A stretch of 62,557 bases of DNA, counting the filler, from Choristocarpus tenellus KU-1152 (lineage: Eukaryota > Protista > Phaeophyceae), in the NCBI GenBank assembly GCA_964200185.2. It is 9 parts of 9 records of this genome, joined end to end, with 100 filler letters (N's around TTAATTAATTAA, not from the genome) between each part and the next. Parts side by side here need not be neighbours in the genome. Positions count along the whole stretch, not along the records: positions 8,970 to 20,739 come from CAXNAD020002147.1; positions 20,840 to 27,300 come from CAXNAD020008093.1; 7 more parts are not named here. The stretch is one strand, 5' to 3'. The translations under genes were made by a program, and so were the position numbers. A model generated the notes under the pieces. That model saw only the letters and a list, made by a program, of their open reading frames with translations. It made no database searches and was not told the DNA's origin. How positions within the stretch are numbered: position 1 is the stretch's first letter; each line of letters starts with the position of its first letter. Positions 12,154 through 24,843 of this stretch are shown here, piece after piece.

Positions 12154-13401
12154 ATGGCCTCGCCGTGTCCGAGGCACAGAAACGTTGGCGATGCGAAACC
12201 CCAAACGAAGTATTTTTTCCGTTGTTGCGCTTCGACCTCTAGTGTCTGCGAGGAGTGCGTGAAGGAACAGGATGATATCAAGACAGAAGCGGAAGGTCTA
12301 CAGGATAAGGCGGAAGTTGGGGAAGTGAAAAGAAAGGATATACCTGTTAAACTGGAGCTCCCCACTCCAGAGGTGACGCCTAGAACTGTCAACAGTGTGA
12401 CGCCAAGATCTCACAATGACAAAGGGGAACATGAAAAGGAAGATGCAATAACACGAGGGACTTCCTCTACAGAGGGTCCTAGTAGTGACCAAACGGTCAA
12501 TGAAAGATCGTCCCATTGCCAGAAGTCGTCCACATCTTCAAATCGACCTACTTACATATGGGACTTCTCTGTTTTCCTGGACAAGTGGCGCCCGAAATCT
12601 GTGGCAGCACGGTCAATCAACATCGTGTTTTGCAATGGAGTGCAATATGAAGGGGAAATGAGGGAGGGCGTGCCATGTGGCTGGGGTGTGGTGCATCTTC
12701 TCGATGGCGTGGTCTACGAAGGAGAGTGGTCAACGCGAGGGCTGATCCACGGCAGGGGCGCCCTTAGGCTACCCAACGGCAACGCCTACTGGGGCTCGTG
12801 GGCTGACAGCCACAAGCACGGTAGAGGATCGTTTGGGTGGGCAGATGGGTCTCGCCACGACGGATTGTACATCGCTGGAAAAAGGTGTGGCATGGGCAGG
12901 ATCCGGTACGCAAGCGGCGCCATTTACGAAGGAGGTTTTCTTAACGATGCTCGGCATGGGCAGGGTTGCCTCTCCCTACCTAACGGATCCTTCTACCGAG
13001 GGACTTGGAACGAAGATGAGCGGAAGGGTCATGGTCTTTTTGTCGAGCCTGGAAAGCAACGCTATGTGGGCGACTGGGAAAACGGGGTCAGGAGCGGCAA
13101 GGGGAAGCTAACGGACACTGGCCCGGCTGGAGGTGGGGGGTGGTATGAGGGGGACTTCCTTGACGGATTGCCACATGGGCACGGGGTGATGAATCACGGT
13201 GGCATGACATTTGAGGGGCCTGTGGAGCAAGGCATCTGGACAGGCGGTGGATGGCTAGAGCTGAGCCCCGGAGGAGACCGTTTTGAAGGCATGTGGGAGG
13301 GAGGGCTCCCAAGGGGACAGGGGATGTGGTATTACACCAAGCAGGAAGGGCAGCAGACTGAGTGCAGCTTTGAGGAAGGGTGCAAGCAACGTGCAGGGTA
13401 G
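12154..13401 (+). CDS. MORN-repeat protein, 415 aa, apparently single exon
   Basis: About 10 repeats of Y.G.W..G.RHG.G (e.g. YEGGFLNDARHGQGCLSLPNGSFYRGTWNEDERKGHG). N-terminal Cys/His cluster and a low-complexity linker. Confidence 0.9.
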   Translation: MASPCPRHRNVGDAKPQTKYFFRCCASTSSVCEECVKEQDDIKTEAEGLQDKAEVGEVKRKDIPVKLELPTPEVTPRTVNSVTPRSHNDKGEHEKEDAITRGTSSTEGPSSDQTVNERSSHCQKSSTSSNRPTYIWDFSVFLDKWRPKSVAARSINIVFCNGVQYEGEMREGVPCGWGVVHLLDGVVYEGEWSTRGLIHGRGALRLPNGNAYWGSWADSHKHGRGSFGWADGSRHDGLYIAGKRCGMGRIRYASGAIYEGGFLNDARHGQGCLSLPNGSFYRGTWNEDERKGHGLFVEPGKQRYVGDWENGVRSGKGKLTDTGPAGGGGWYEGDFLDGLPHGHGVMNHGGMTFEGPVEQGIWTGGGWLELSPGGDRFEGMWEGGLPRGQGMWYYTKQEGQQTECSFEEGCKQRAG

Positions 13402-16400
13402 GGTGCGATGTGTATGATAGTGTTCAATTTTGTTATTGTTGTATTTCCGAGTGGTCTCCTTTTGAAGCAATCTGTTGCCTGAATGAAATCAGGACCTTAC
13501 TATATCAACCCCTTCGTAACCAACCGGATCGTGCGGAAGGTGTGTTGGTCCTCATGTTCTAACCCTGAACCTATCTCCTGACACCGATGTGCTTCGAGTT
13601 TGCACTTCTGGGGACTATCTGAGTTCTCGACTTGAGTGTTGGTTTTGAAGGCAGAGTCCCAGGACTCGGCTGTGAAGCAGTGTTGGAGAATGGTATATTG
13701 TATGTGGATACTTGAACCCCGACCCCCTTTTGATGCTGTGACGGCAGCAGTGTGCTTGCTGCCTATTCTATCAGTGGTACAGTCCTTGGAAATTGTTGAG
13801 TAATATGCAGTGGGTACCTAGTGCATCATGACTAGTTGACACGAACTACTTGCAAAAGCAGTTTGATATAGATGTGTAATCAATCAATCAACTGATATGA
13901 AATCTGTGTTCCCTCGCAGAGTTGCTACCAGGAATAACAGGCATTTCTTTTTATTTGTTGTCAGATGGAGTTGCCAAAAGGACTGTATCAAGTGCGGAGG
14001 GTTCAGTGGGCATAAAGATGTTGGAACATTTTTGTTTGTTTGTTCATTGTTATTGATTTGATGCTACATATTATTCTATTTTCTAATTCGCACTAAACAG
14101 CAACATAGAGTTAGTTGCTGGTGTTGCCAACCCTTGAACCAAAAAGGCTCAAAAAGTTATTAAAACTAATGACAAAAATGAAAAACAGCATCAATGTCGA
14201 AGCATATGGAAGGCTTAAGGTGCTTTCTTGCCTGTTTCATTTGCATGTCCGCAACTCAACGCATACCTATTTTTACAGCATGGTGTGGGGTATCTAGAAA
14301 TGGGGGACACACACGCTTGTGGATGAATGACTCCATTGCAGGAAAGACATTGAGGTAGGGAATGTTTTGTGAAATATCCTCAACAACAGGACTTTCAAGG
14401 ATGCAGGTGGAACATACTTCACAAAGAAGATGGCAGTGGGGAAGGGTGGGGTGGGGGCGGGTGGGACTAGTCATACCCGAGGAGAGAGTTCAGCGCCTAA
14501 ATGTAGGGGCACTGACAAGTTCCCCATTTCCTCTGATAGCAAGATCGATTGAAGCCAGATGACTTATATCTACTATTTATATTCTATTATTGGGAGTTCA
14601 ACCAAATCAAAGCAGGGGTCCACCTTGTGTGCTTTGTATATTTTGTCCAAGGCAGTGTACTCTTTGGTGAGTACAGTATACTAAATGGAGGTGAAAGTCT
14701 CATCCTGTTTTGTGGTCCCATTTTACAATTTTCTGGTGGAGACCTGTTGCAGAAGTGACGGTCCTGTAGTGGCCAGGCTCGCCAATTCAGTAGCCTCAAC
14801 TACTACTACTACTTATTTTCATATGCTTTGTACTTTGTTGAAGTACATTGGTTTCTATGCCTGGACCTGTGACTCAAACAAGGCATAGTGGGAAGAGGAA
14901 GAAGAAACATATTTTTTCATGTGTATATAGGTAGCGATATTTTCCTGAATGCTCCTTGTACTCCCGAGAAATATCAAGGGTTCGAGAGAGTGACCCACCA
15001 AGCTGTATTGGAAAGTGGTTGGTGGAATGTTGGTGATGCTATACGATGAATTTTGCATATTGCATTTATCCTCTTTAGAGCCAAAGTATTAGGCAAGGTT
15101 ACAGTTTAAGTATCCCAAGAAAGGGCCTTTGCTGCATGTGGTGATGCTTTGTGTGTGGAAAGGGGGAGAATAATTTTTGTGGACATAGTTATGGACATGA
15201 AGCAATGGAATAGGGTGTATTTCACCTGCCTATGTACAATGACTTGGAATACAAAAGGGTTAAAACTGCCATTGTCTGTAGTGCTTTTGCTCATCATTGT
15301 ACACAATCGTTCAGTGTAACTGATTGGATTACGGTATGAATTTTGTGTCTCTTGCCATGGTACTGCCCGCCCTGCTTGAAAGCAATGGTTAGTTACTGCA
15401 GTGAAATGTGTATTTGTGAACACTGTTTTAGATTATATATTTGCGAAGTTCTACTTTGCTAACTGTTGATGCCTATTCCATCTCCTCATTAGAACCTCAC
15501 AACCACAGAGGTAGCAATTTCATCTCACCACTTACCTTGGACAATTGTTGGATCAAATGTACATTGTCCCATCTGAACTCTCCCCAGGACTGCCCCGTGA
15601 GGAGAGCGAAACAATCGAGTTTGATTGATTGATCGCTCCTGGCTGTGCATAGTAGGGATGACCCAATTTGACTCTTGAATGCTCCATGGTATAAACTCAA
15701 ATGTTTCAAAGCAGTTTGGGGGGATGGAGATGCATCTTTCTTAGTTCAAAAGTCTCATCAAGTAAAAAGGTTCTGAGCACAACAATGAGCTTCATCCAAT
15801 CAGTGCACATTTATTCTCTATACCTGAAAGGAGGAATTGCCAAACTTTTATCAGAGGAAGTAGAGAAAGTTTTGAAGTGTTGATGTGAATGAAAAGTATT
15901 TCTGAATAGGAGTTAAATTTACTCAATTTTTTTCGGTGTACTCGATTATACTCAAATTCGCACGGAGCGCAAAAATTTTGGCGCGCTGTGAGCATTCACA
16001 AGGAATATCCCAGCGAAAATCGCTGCTCAATTTTCTGTTCCGATCAATCGCGATTCCATCGAGTCGTAATTTTTGATGGGTACAATTCGCAACACCTCAC
16101 ACCTAGTAAGTACCCTCCAACCACACTACGCTCTCTACAGGTAGAAGATAGACTTCCGGGAAAGGCTGGCCATCCGTCAGCGAGATATGAAACTCAACCG
16201 ACTTCTGATTCCAGTGTTGTCAGTCATCTGTTGTTTTAGGGCTTGGGTAGCAGTTAGTTGCTTCCTTGGGGTGGCTTGCAATCATACCACATCGGATTAT
16301 ATCTCAACTCAGGCCAGTACACTATTGTTACGGTAATCTGCTCGGAGTACTTTACTCCATCAAAACCTTTATTGAACAGTCCTCTGCACTTTTTCGGAAC

Positions 16401-17135
16401 ATTTTCACACTGGCTGTTATTCTTCCTCTACCATTGCCACCCTTGAACAAGAAAGAGTTGACCTTACGAATGAATCTGAATCATACCTGACCCTGAATCT
16501 AACGCTAACCCTAAGTCCCTGGATGAGAAAGGGCTTAGCTTATGCCAAAGGTGAAAATATGAAGCAATCTTCCCCTAACTATAGTATGAGGTTTCTTGAT
16601 TGTTGTTGTGTAAGTAGTAGTATTAGTAGTAGTAGTAGTAGTAGTGGTGGTTATTATTGTAGTGGGAGTGTTTCCACAACTAACACTATTGACTGTAACT
16701 TACTCAAGTACAAATAATTAGGGTTGGACATAATATCAATTATAATAACAATTGCAAACGGCATACTACGTACGTTTCATGTGCTTGTTATGCCTTCACC
16801 ACTACTGGAGGATGTACCTTTGCCGTCAGTGCATCATCAAATCTATCGATCTGACCTCTCTCTTTTATCCCTCTTTATTGCTGCTATACCTCACCACCCT
16901 TTCGATGTACATCTTTCGTGAGGAAAGTCAATCCAGTGTTACGTTTGCAGTGAGTGGTGAGTGGTGAGTGGTGATCAAGAGCCAAACCTATTAAGAGGTA
17001 GGCTGGTTTGGAACCTTTTGCTTTCTAGGCCATCTTTCTTATCCTGTATAATACACTCTATTTCATTTGCTTTGTGCGCACAATAGTGTACGCAACATTG
17101 ATATTCTCCCTTTCTACACACAAAGTGATGAGATA

Positions 17136-17325
17136 GGCTTAAAGTATCTGGGGGGCGGAGTGGCGGCTGTCCATTCGGGCTCCATTTTTCCATGCATAAT
17201 TTTTGGGTGATTGGGTTATGCATGCATCGATCGGATGGATAATGTAAGTCCACTTCTCCTCGTCAGGTCCCGAATGGACACCCTGGTGTAGACCCCCCCT
17301 CCTCCACCCCCAGATACTTTGAGCC
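17136..17325. mobile_element. MITE family A copy (~190 bp)
   Basis: Terminal inverted repeats GGCTTAAAGTATCTGGGGG / CCCCCAGATACTTTGAGCC, flanks ata/aca. The internal sequence recurs at 23351, 24660 and 50886. Confidence 0.85.
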
Positions 17326-17973
17326 ACAATTCAGCAAATTCTCTTTCTGGAAATAAATGTACAAAATGACATATTTTTGCCCTTTCTCAGCATCCTTAAA
17401 AAGCAACCCTGCCTACCTCTTAGTTGGTCCAATCGAAGACTCATTTCCCTCATCTGTCAATATTGCCCTTCTTGCCATCTATCCTGTTTCAGCAAAAGCA
17501 TTCAGCACAAACACTTTGATGTAGTCACTACTACTACTGTTGCGCATATATTAAGACAACAAGGTTCTAAATTCTTGTGGTGGTCCAGGATGCTTCTGAT
17601 CTCCTCTCTCTTTGGTGACTCTCTTTTGATTAGAGTGGCATAGGTTAGGCGTGTTTAGTGTTACGACGAGCCAATGTGATAGTGGTTGGTCTCAAAGGGA
17701 CGTCACTATGAAATGCTCCTACTATTCATTTAAGTATTGTGTATTTTTACTCATGTTTTAGATGTTGTGGTTGGTCTACAACAAAAAGTAGTATATTTTA
17801 ATATCAACAGTTTAAAGAGGGGAATATTTGGAGGGTGAGCGCGTTCGCGAACGGCGAGAGGGAGCACGAGCTCGTGTTGGAACCACAGCACCGCCTCTTC
17901 TACTGAGAATAGCAGGGACAACCGCATCCCTTGCTACGTCCCCTGAAGCAATTACAAAGGCTTCTTAGCCGCC

Positions 17974-20193
17974 ATGACCCTAGAAAACTTGAGAATAAAG
18001 CATCGGTCGGCTCAGCTGGCCCTCATCTTCGCTGCAATTGGGGGTTTCGCCCGTGGTCAACACGCGGCTCTATGCGACGAAGTCGCACCAAGAGTGTCTT
18101 CCTCAGGGAGGGCTGGACCGACACCTGTCCCAGGGAAATGCCAGTCCCTGGATGATTTTTCTTACGCCAGGTGTGACTCAAGGGTGTGTTGTCGGTGGAG
18201 GGGAGGGACAGTGAACTTTGCTTTTGATCTTCGCAGTGAGATACGATTGCCGTAGTCTCCAGAGGTTGAACATGCAATTGGGTGCCATGTAAATCTCTGT
18301 CTCATGCAGCTACGAGCTGGATATCGCGTGGGATTCAATCCAATCTCAAGGATTGCGATATCATTCGTACCAAAAAGTTACCCTTCACCGACTATGTGCA
18401 ACACCCAAAGATATTGCATCTCCTTCCACAAAAGCCAGACAAGTGGTTTGGCAACCTCAGCTACTATCCTCTCTCGTGACTCTCCTTCAAGGTCTAGAGG
18501 TCGACGAATCGGTACCCTCTACAAGTCAACGCGTTATGCATTGGTTTTTATGAGTGCAACTCCATGGACATGGTGCCCATGAGCTCATGTTCACTAGGTT
18601 CCTATACATCCCCCCCTCAAATAGACTTCAATCCCTTCTTTTCCATTCCCGGTACAATTGATGAATGTAACAAGCTCACCTCTTACTCCCAGGTACGACA
18701 GCCGTTCCCTCCGTCTTTCAAGCACGACGGTCCGCGTACGACGGAGTCAGGGACAATGGGAAACGGAACAGCAGGGGGGTGGCGAGGGGGGGTATGATTA
18801 TCAGGTCGATTTTGACTATGGACCGATGCGTACGGCACCAAACGAAGAGTGGGGGGATTGGGGTGAGGAGATAGACGAGGGATGGAAAGGTTCGCAAGGC
18901 AGACGTCTACAGCAGGCAGCGGGTGGAGGGAGGGGTGGGAGTGGAGGTGGGGAAGGCGATGGCGAGAGTGAGGTAATTAATGGCGGTATTCTTTGCAGTC
19001 ATACGTGCACCCAAATCAAGAAGGGCCTACGCCAAACATAGCGTAGGGGGATGGGTGGGTGAGAGGGCTGAGGATCGATTTTGAAAGGCAGTGGTGAGCC
19101 CGATGGCTGTTGCTATCCGCTTGTTCGGGTAGGTTTCCCTGCACAACTGCTAACTCCTTCAGTCATATTTTTTATGACCCTTCAATCTCTGCATTCCATT
19201 GTCGCGTGACAAGTGAATCTAAAGTCTTATCCCTTAAAAATTTCGCAGCTAGCCTGTTTCATCTCACCATATTTCAGAGACAAGCACAAAGCAGGACCAC
19301 CCACATACATCTATATATATACATGTATATTCTGGAGTACCTCTCTCCATCTCGTTTTGCATCTTTTGATTCATAGTGATCATTTAGCTGTAAATAGATA
19401 GACTCCAGTCAACAAGTTGGAGACAAGATGCGCTGGATGTGAAGATGTATGTTTACAATACTCTTACTTGATTGTATTTTGTGACAGAAACAAACTCAAT
19501 ATATATTTTTATCAGTAAAGCTTTTTTGAGAGTGCAGACTCTGTGCAGACGCCATTGCAGAGTGCTTAGTCTGTTGCTTGTTGTGAAATTGTTGCCGCCC
19601 ATTCATGAGGCTGTTTACTTGGCAATCGGTGTCCAATACTGGGGCAACAAGGCAGGTGTTCTTTTTTGTAATAGGAAGAAACGCTTTGTCGTTGAAAGGG
19701 ATGTGTGGAAGAAGCATACGTTGCCGAGGCTTGACAACTACAGGCTTTTGTTCACCGTGTACCGTGTCACCAAGTACACATAGCGCTAGTTTCAAAGGAC
19801 AAGGAAAGTGTTGAAGATCAAAGTATAAAGACACCGAAGAAATGTTGGCATAGTGGTACTTGACTTGTATCTCTTCTGCAATGGAATTGTGTCACATGGA
19901 TGAGAGGAGACTATGACATAGTTGCAACGTACATTCAACCACCTCCTCCTGTCTTCCTCATTGCCCTCTCACCGTGCTCACTTCCCTGTCCAAACTCTCT
20001 CCAAACTGCGGCCCCCCTTCCATCCTGTTAACCCTTTTTTCACTGCGCATTGTGTTCCTCGTCGCTGTGCCAGGGATTCGAACCAATACATGGGGATTTG
20101 GTGGATGAGTACACAGCGTCCCTCAATGGGAGGATTCTGCTCTCTGTCAGTGCTTCAGTTGTTGGGGCTGGCCTCGGGGCTGTTCTGAGCAAG
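17974..20193 (+). CDS. Hypothetical signal-peptide/membrane protein, 5' part; exons 17974..18170, 18310..18366, 18693..18972, 20074..20193, truncated
   Basis: Four phase-consistent GT-AG exons. N-terminal hydrophobic stretch (AQLALIFAAIGGFARG), a Gly/Glu-rich linker, then a hydrophobic segment ILLSVSASVVGAGLGAVLSK. No family recognised, and the exon 2 donor is the least certain boundary. Confidence 0.6.
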
Positions 20194-20319
20194 GTGGGGC
20201 CGCAGAATCGATACCCAATGCTCATCTTTTTTTTTTTGAAGTATGAAGTATTTCGTTCAATTATTGGTACTGCTGTGAGTATCCCTTGATTGCCAAGTCA
20301 CCCTGTTGAGACCATGGTT

Positions 20320-20460
20320 GTACTGCATAGTACTGGTGGTGCTCTCTCTCCCTGCTGGCCAACCTGTGCCGTGGTAACCGTGATTGTACTGCATAGTACT
20401 TACTGGTGGTGCTCTCTCTCCCTGCTGGCCTACCTGTGCCGTGGTACCTACCTGTGCCGG
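20320..20460. repeat. Two-copy direct repeat (~65 bp) plus a partial third copy
   Basis: GTACTGCATAGTACT..GGTGGTGCTCTCTCTCCCTGCTGGCC.ACCTGTGCCGTGGTA is repeated. Confidence 0.8.
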
Positions 20461-20739
20461 GGTTCCCGGGCAATGCGTTTTGTGTTTTATGCCCCTTGAA
20501 ATGTGCTCACTTCGGGGCATGGAGATGTTAGATGGGATGGATGCGTTCGATGTTGTAGTGTGGTGGTGTTGGAGCGTGCTGTGCTTTTGTGAAGGACTGG
20601 TTAGTCTTTGTGAGGGTCTTTGACGGCTCAAACCACGTCATTGTACAGGTATGAGACTGGTGTGAAGTCAAGGGTGCAGGGTCGATGACTGAGTGGGACA
20701 GAGGATACGCCGAGCAGCACTTCTTTTTTTTTTGGGGGG

Positions 20740-20839
20740 NNNNNNNNNNNNNNNNNNNNNNNNNNNNNNNNNNNNNNNNNNNNTTAATTAATTAANNNNN
20801 NNNNNNNNNNNNNNNNNNNNNNNNNNNNNNNNNNNNNNN
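20740..20839. other. Artificial contig linker
   Basis: N44-TTAATTAATTAA-N44. Confidence 0.98.
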
Positions 20840-21369
20840 AACTAAATAACAACTAAATATTCACGAAGTAAAAATATATCAAGTCTAGGACTTCAAGTTC
20901 ACATTGGTGTTTATGAAACCGCCATCAAGACATATCGCCTGTAACATGCCCTCCTAGCATGAAGCACAACTGCTTCGATGCGATGAACAGCCGATTGGAC
21001 AAGGAAATAATGTCACTCCTTATACTGTTATGAACGTAGCAGAAATGAAATGAATGTCACGTCCAGGTCCTAACATATCAGAGGCAGCGTTGGGGATCCA
21101 GTGGAGGAGGAAACCTGGAGGGAAAACCCCCTTCCAACGTTTGCCCTGACGATAGATACATGTTATCGCCACACTCGTACCTCATGGCACTCACTCTGCA
21201 TTTGGCTTAACTTAAAAAAGAAAACTCCTACACCAGAGTCTCACACACACGTCAAAAGTAGGGTACTGTCTAAAAGGACTCCACCCCTTCTAAGCTTTAT
21301 TAACACAAAACCATAGTAGCACTAACCCATATTTTTATGGATGTTCTGACTTTGACTTAAGAGTGTTTA

Positions 21370-21652
21370 TTTACCTATTATTTTCCAACATGATTCAGAA
21401 AATATCATATATACCTTTTTTTTAAGGCGAACTTTCCACATATTTGTCTGCATCCTTAAAATGCAACTGTGGGTATCTCTCGTTTACTTTGACTCTGTGC
21501 TAAGTTGGACTTGAGAGGGTTGGTTTTTCTATTATTTGAAATTTTTCGACACGATTCGGAAAATATCCTCACACATACGTAAATAAAGCTGAATTTGTAC
21601 ATATTTACGACATTCTTAAAATGTAACTCTAGGTACGTCTTGTTTAATTTGA
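21370..21652. repeat. Interspersed repeat family C, two diverged tandem copies (21370..21495, 21531..21652)
   Basis: Shared ACATGATTCAGAAAATATC...CTTAAAATGCAACT.TGGGTATCTC...TACTTTGACTC. A reverse copy lies at 56366..56490. Copy 1 ends in the same terminal motif as MITE families A/B. Confidence 0.65.
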
Positions 21653-23177
21653 TGTTCTGTACCCCTCTCTACACTAAGGTCCACGCAGAGAGAATACCTG
21701 TAGCCAGAGGTGGCAAGAACACTATCCAGGGCACTGCATCTGTATCCATCATCGCTATGACTTCCTACTACCTACGCCTTCCACACTTCGGTATCAGGGT
21801 CATCCCCACTCAAGTACAGCACCACAGAGTGCCATCAACTGCATCCCCCAGAGAGATAGCTGTGCTGAGTGGTGTCACTTTCTTGCCAGCAGAGGAGGAG
21901 AAGGAGCGTCTAGATGCAGCTGAAGTGGCCTGTGCATGCAAATACTCCCGTGCTGCAACTTACTCAACTCTCGAAAAAACTTCTTTTTTACCATCTACCA
22001 TTTTTGGGCACCACGAAGCTCCTCCACCACTTCCGCATCCAGTAGTTGCATACCACACAATAGCTTCAGCTGGTATTGTAGTACTTCGAAGTTTTTCCGC
22101 ATAGCTGATCTCCAACTGTACCTTCTAGTGGCACTTCCCCCGCCTCCAACTCTCCTAAAAGAGGGCACCTCATCACCCTGGTCATGTATGTGACATATTG
22201 ATCGCTTTCTCGAGCAGCTTAGAGTCTCGAGCAGCTTCACTCATTCTGAGTTGCTAGTTGCTCTCATCAGGGGAGGAGGAGGTCTCTCTCCCCTAAAAAG
22301 CGCACTTCTTCACAATCCATTCAGCCCTCCCCAGCTTGAATGCTTTCCGAGACCTATGAAAGAAGTCCCAAACTCAGACCTTCCTTTGGTGTTGGGGGCA
22401 AACTTCATGGCGAACACTTCTACTTCATCATTGACTTCCTCGTTGACCTCCTGGCTGCCTTATCCTATATTATTACTTTGTCATTGGTGCTTTTGTGTAG
22501 GCAATTACATTGTCTTGCACACTTGCCCCTCATTTGCCACAATGACGGCAGAACTACAGTGCAGAAGTGCTGACTCACAGAAGAAGTGGCTATGTGATGA
22601 CCGATTCTCCAACCCTCTTAAGCATAGTCTATATGAACACCACCCAGCCAAATAGTCATTGTGAGAATGTGTGCATTCCATCGGATGTTGGACTGGCCGA
22701 CTTTTCTATCCTTTCCACTGCGAACATTCGTCAGTTCGTCCACAGAAAAGAATAAAAGAACCTCGAAGTCAAGCGTCAATTCCATCCAGACACAGCTAGG
22801 TACTATAAATAGCCGAGAATCTGTCCATTTGACCCATTTCTCAGAACATTATATGATACCATTTGATATCACGTTTGATTCGATATATCAAATACAATAC
22901 CAAAGCCATTTTTTTAAACCAAAATCTTATCAAATATCAAATCAATCTAAGAAAAATTATTGAAACCCATCACTATCAACAATGTAGGTTGGCAAACTCT
23001 TTACAATTGGACCTCTACCAGGGAAGCATCCCAATAATCTGACAGGCCCCTTCTTGCCCATCTCCCTGGTGTCTACAGCGCAAAACACATGACACGTCTT
23101 GATAGAGCCACTTGTGTTGTTACAGATACTATCTGTCATAAACGGGATTTGGCAGCTCCTTTCCTCCTGTAGCGTCC

Positions 23178-23624
23178 GAGTCAAAGTATGTTAGAGGGTA
23201 GAGTCATGTACATTTGGGGGCGACAATCCAATGTTGCGATTTTGATGTAATTTTGGCTATCGTGTTTGTTAGGAAGCGTCAATACCCTTGTTCCGGTCAC
23301 ACCTTTCCTAACGTATACATTTTACCTACCCCGAAACATTTCAGAATAGGGACTCAAAATACCTGGGGGGGGGGTGGCGACTGTCCAGTCGGGGCCCATT
23401 TTTCCATGTCGCAATTTTTTGGTGATTTGGTGGCATGCGTCGGATGGACAATCTAATTGCACATCTCCCTGTCAGGGACCGAATGGACACCCTGCTGTAG
23501 ACCCTCCCCCCCCACCCTCCCTAAGATACTTTGAGCCCGGAAAAAGTCATAAGCAACCGGTGGAAAGCCAAGCCCCAAACGAACAAACAGGGCAAAACTC
23601 GTACCCGCTAAGATATTTTCACTC
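23178..23624. mobile_element. MITE family B copy containing a nested family A copy
   Basis: TIRs GAGTCAAAGTATGTTAGAGGGTA / TACCCGCTAAGATATTTTCACTC. Internal sequence matches the copies at 28914, 34328, 37380, 38266, 53836 and 54478. Confidence 0.85.
23351..23537. mobile_element. MITE family A copy nested in family B
   Basis: GACTCAAAATACCTGGGG...AGATACTTTGAGCC flanked by agg/cgg. Removing it plus one 3-mer restores the family B sequence TAGG-AAAA.GTCAT. Confidence 0.85.
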
Positions 23625-24659
23625 CTCTTGCCCCTGCTGCGTGCGTAGCCAACTCATCCAGAAAATTTTCCGCTTGCTTACCAAGGCACCCAAAACTTTC
23701 CATCACAAAGTTGTTACGTTTAAAACTACCAAGGTCTTGTGGCCCTTGTAGTGGGTGCGCTTTTGTGCCTCAGCTGCAGCAGCAGCTACACCATTACTGG
23801 TGGATGAGTGGGGCAGATGGGAGGCTGCCTGCACTTCTGCAAACGTAATATCTAGGAGGAGGCCTTTGTCCCGGTAGGGAGCTGATGCGATGTCCACAAG
23901 TGCCCCAGGATGGAAGACCACATCCGTGCGGAAATTTCGGTCCACTGTGAATGGGCTACCATCCTTCATAGGGCAAGGGATACCCATTCCTTTGCAGAGT
24001 TGACTTAGACGCTTCATCTTTGGTGTGCGTTGGCGGACCTGTCCCCATGCCTTAGGGCAGGTATGAGCATGTCTAGTGTCCACATTATGCCTCTTGCACC
24101 CAATCACTGGGCACCTGTTGGATAGGGCCTCTTCCCTCTCTAGGGACCTGCCGGCAGTGAGTCTAAACTCTATGGGAGGGATCTAGCGTGCTGGTTCTGT
24201 GGGTTGTGTGGAGGCCCATGCATTTGCCCCTTATCCTCATTGGCCCGGTGGCAGACCAGGGCTAGTGAAGAACTTTCCCTCCCTTGTTCTGCATCGTCTG
24301 GTAGGTTGGCTAATTGCTTCTGGAAAGAATCGAACCGGATTCTGTTCAGGAGGCGGATAATCTCATGTTGTGCCCTCTTTGTGATCCTGGCATCATGGGT
24401 TACTAGAGTGTGGACCTCTGGGGCAGTTGTAGGGGTTGTTGTCTCCCCCCAGGCCACCCAGGCTTGGCCAGTAATTCCCACCAAGTCTTCTGAAGGGACT
24501 CCTGTTGAGAGGAGGGTGTAGGTGGATGATCCCAGGGCCCTAACTCTGGGGCTCGTACAGATAGCTTGTGAGAAAGACTCTCTATGAGGCCCTTGTTGGC
24601 TTGCTAAAAGGGTGGGTAGAGTGACCACCAGAGATCCTGCAAAGGCTGCATGCTGGCGA

Positions 24660-24843
24660 GACCCAGAGTATCTGGGGTGGGGTGGGGGGTCTACACCAGG
24701 GTGTCCATTTGGGTCATAACCAGGAAGAGTGCACTTTCATTATCCATCCGACTTATGGAATCAACTCACCCAAAAATCGCGGCTTGAAAAAATTGGCCCT
24801 AAATGGACAGCCGCCAACCCCCCCCCCCTAGATACTTTTAGCC
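24660..24843. mobile_element. MITE family A copy (reverse orientation) inserted in the LINE
   Basis: Flanked by cga/tga, a 3-bp TSD with one CpG transition. Removing it plus one TSD restores the LINE frame GLSSIKHRQHAAFAGSL. Confidence 0.85.

Noticed and set aside
23178-23624. Idea that the outer GRSY/RSYC bases are a palindromic target with a complemented TSD (recombinase-like insertion)
   Set aside because: Two family A insertions restore host sequence only if GRSY belongs to the element with an ordinary 3-bp TSD. Family B is less clear but most simply behaves the same way.
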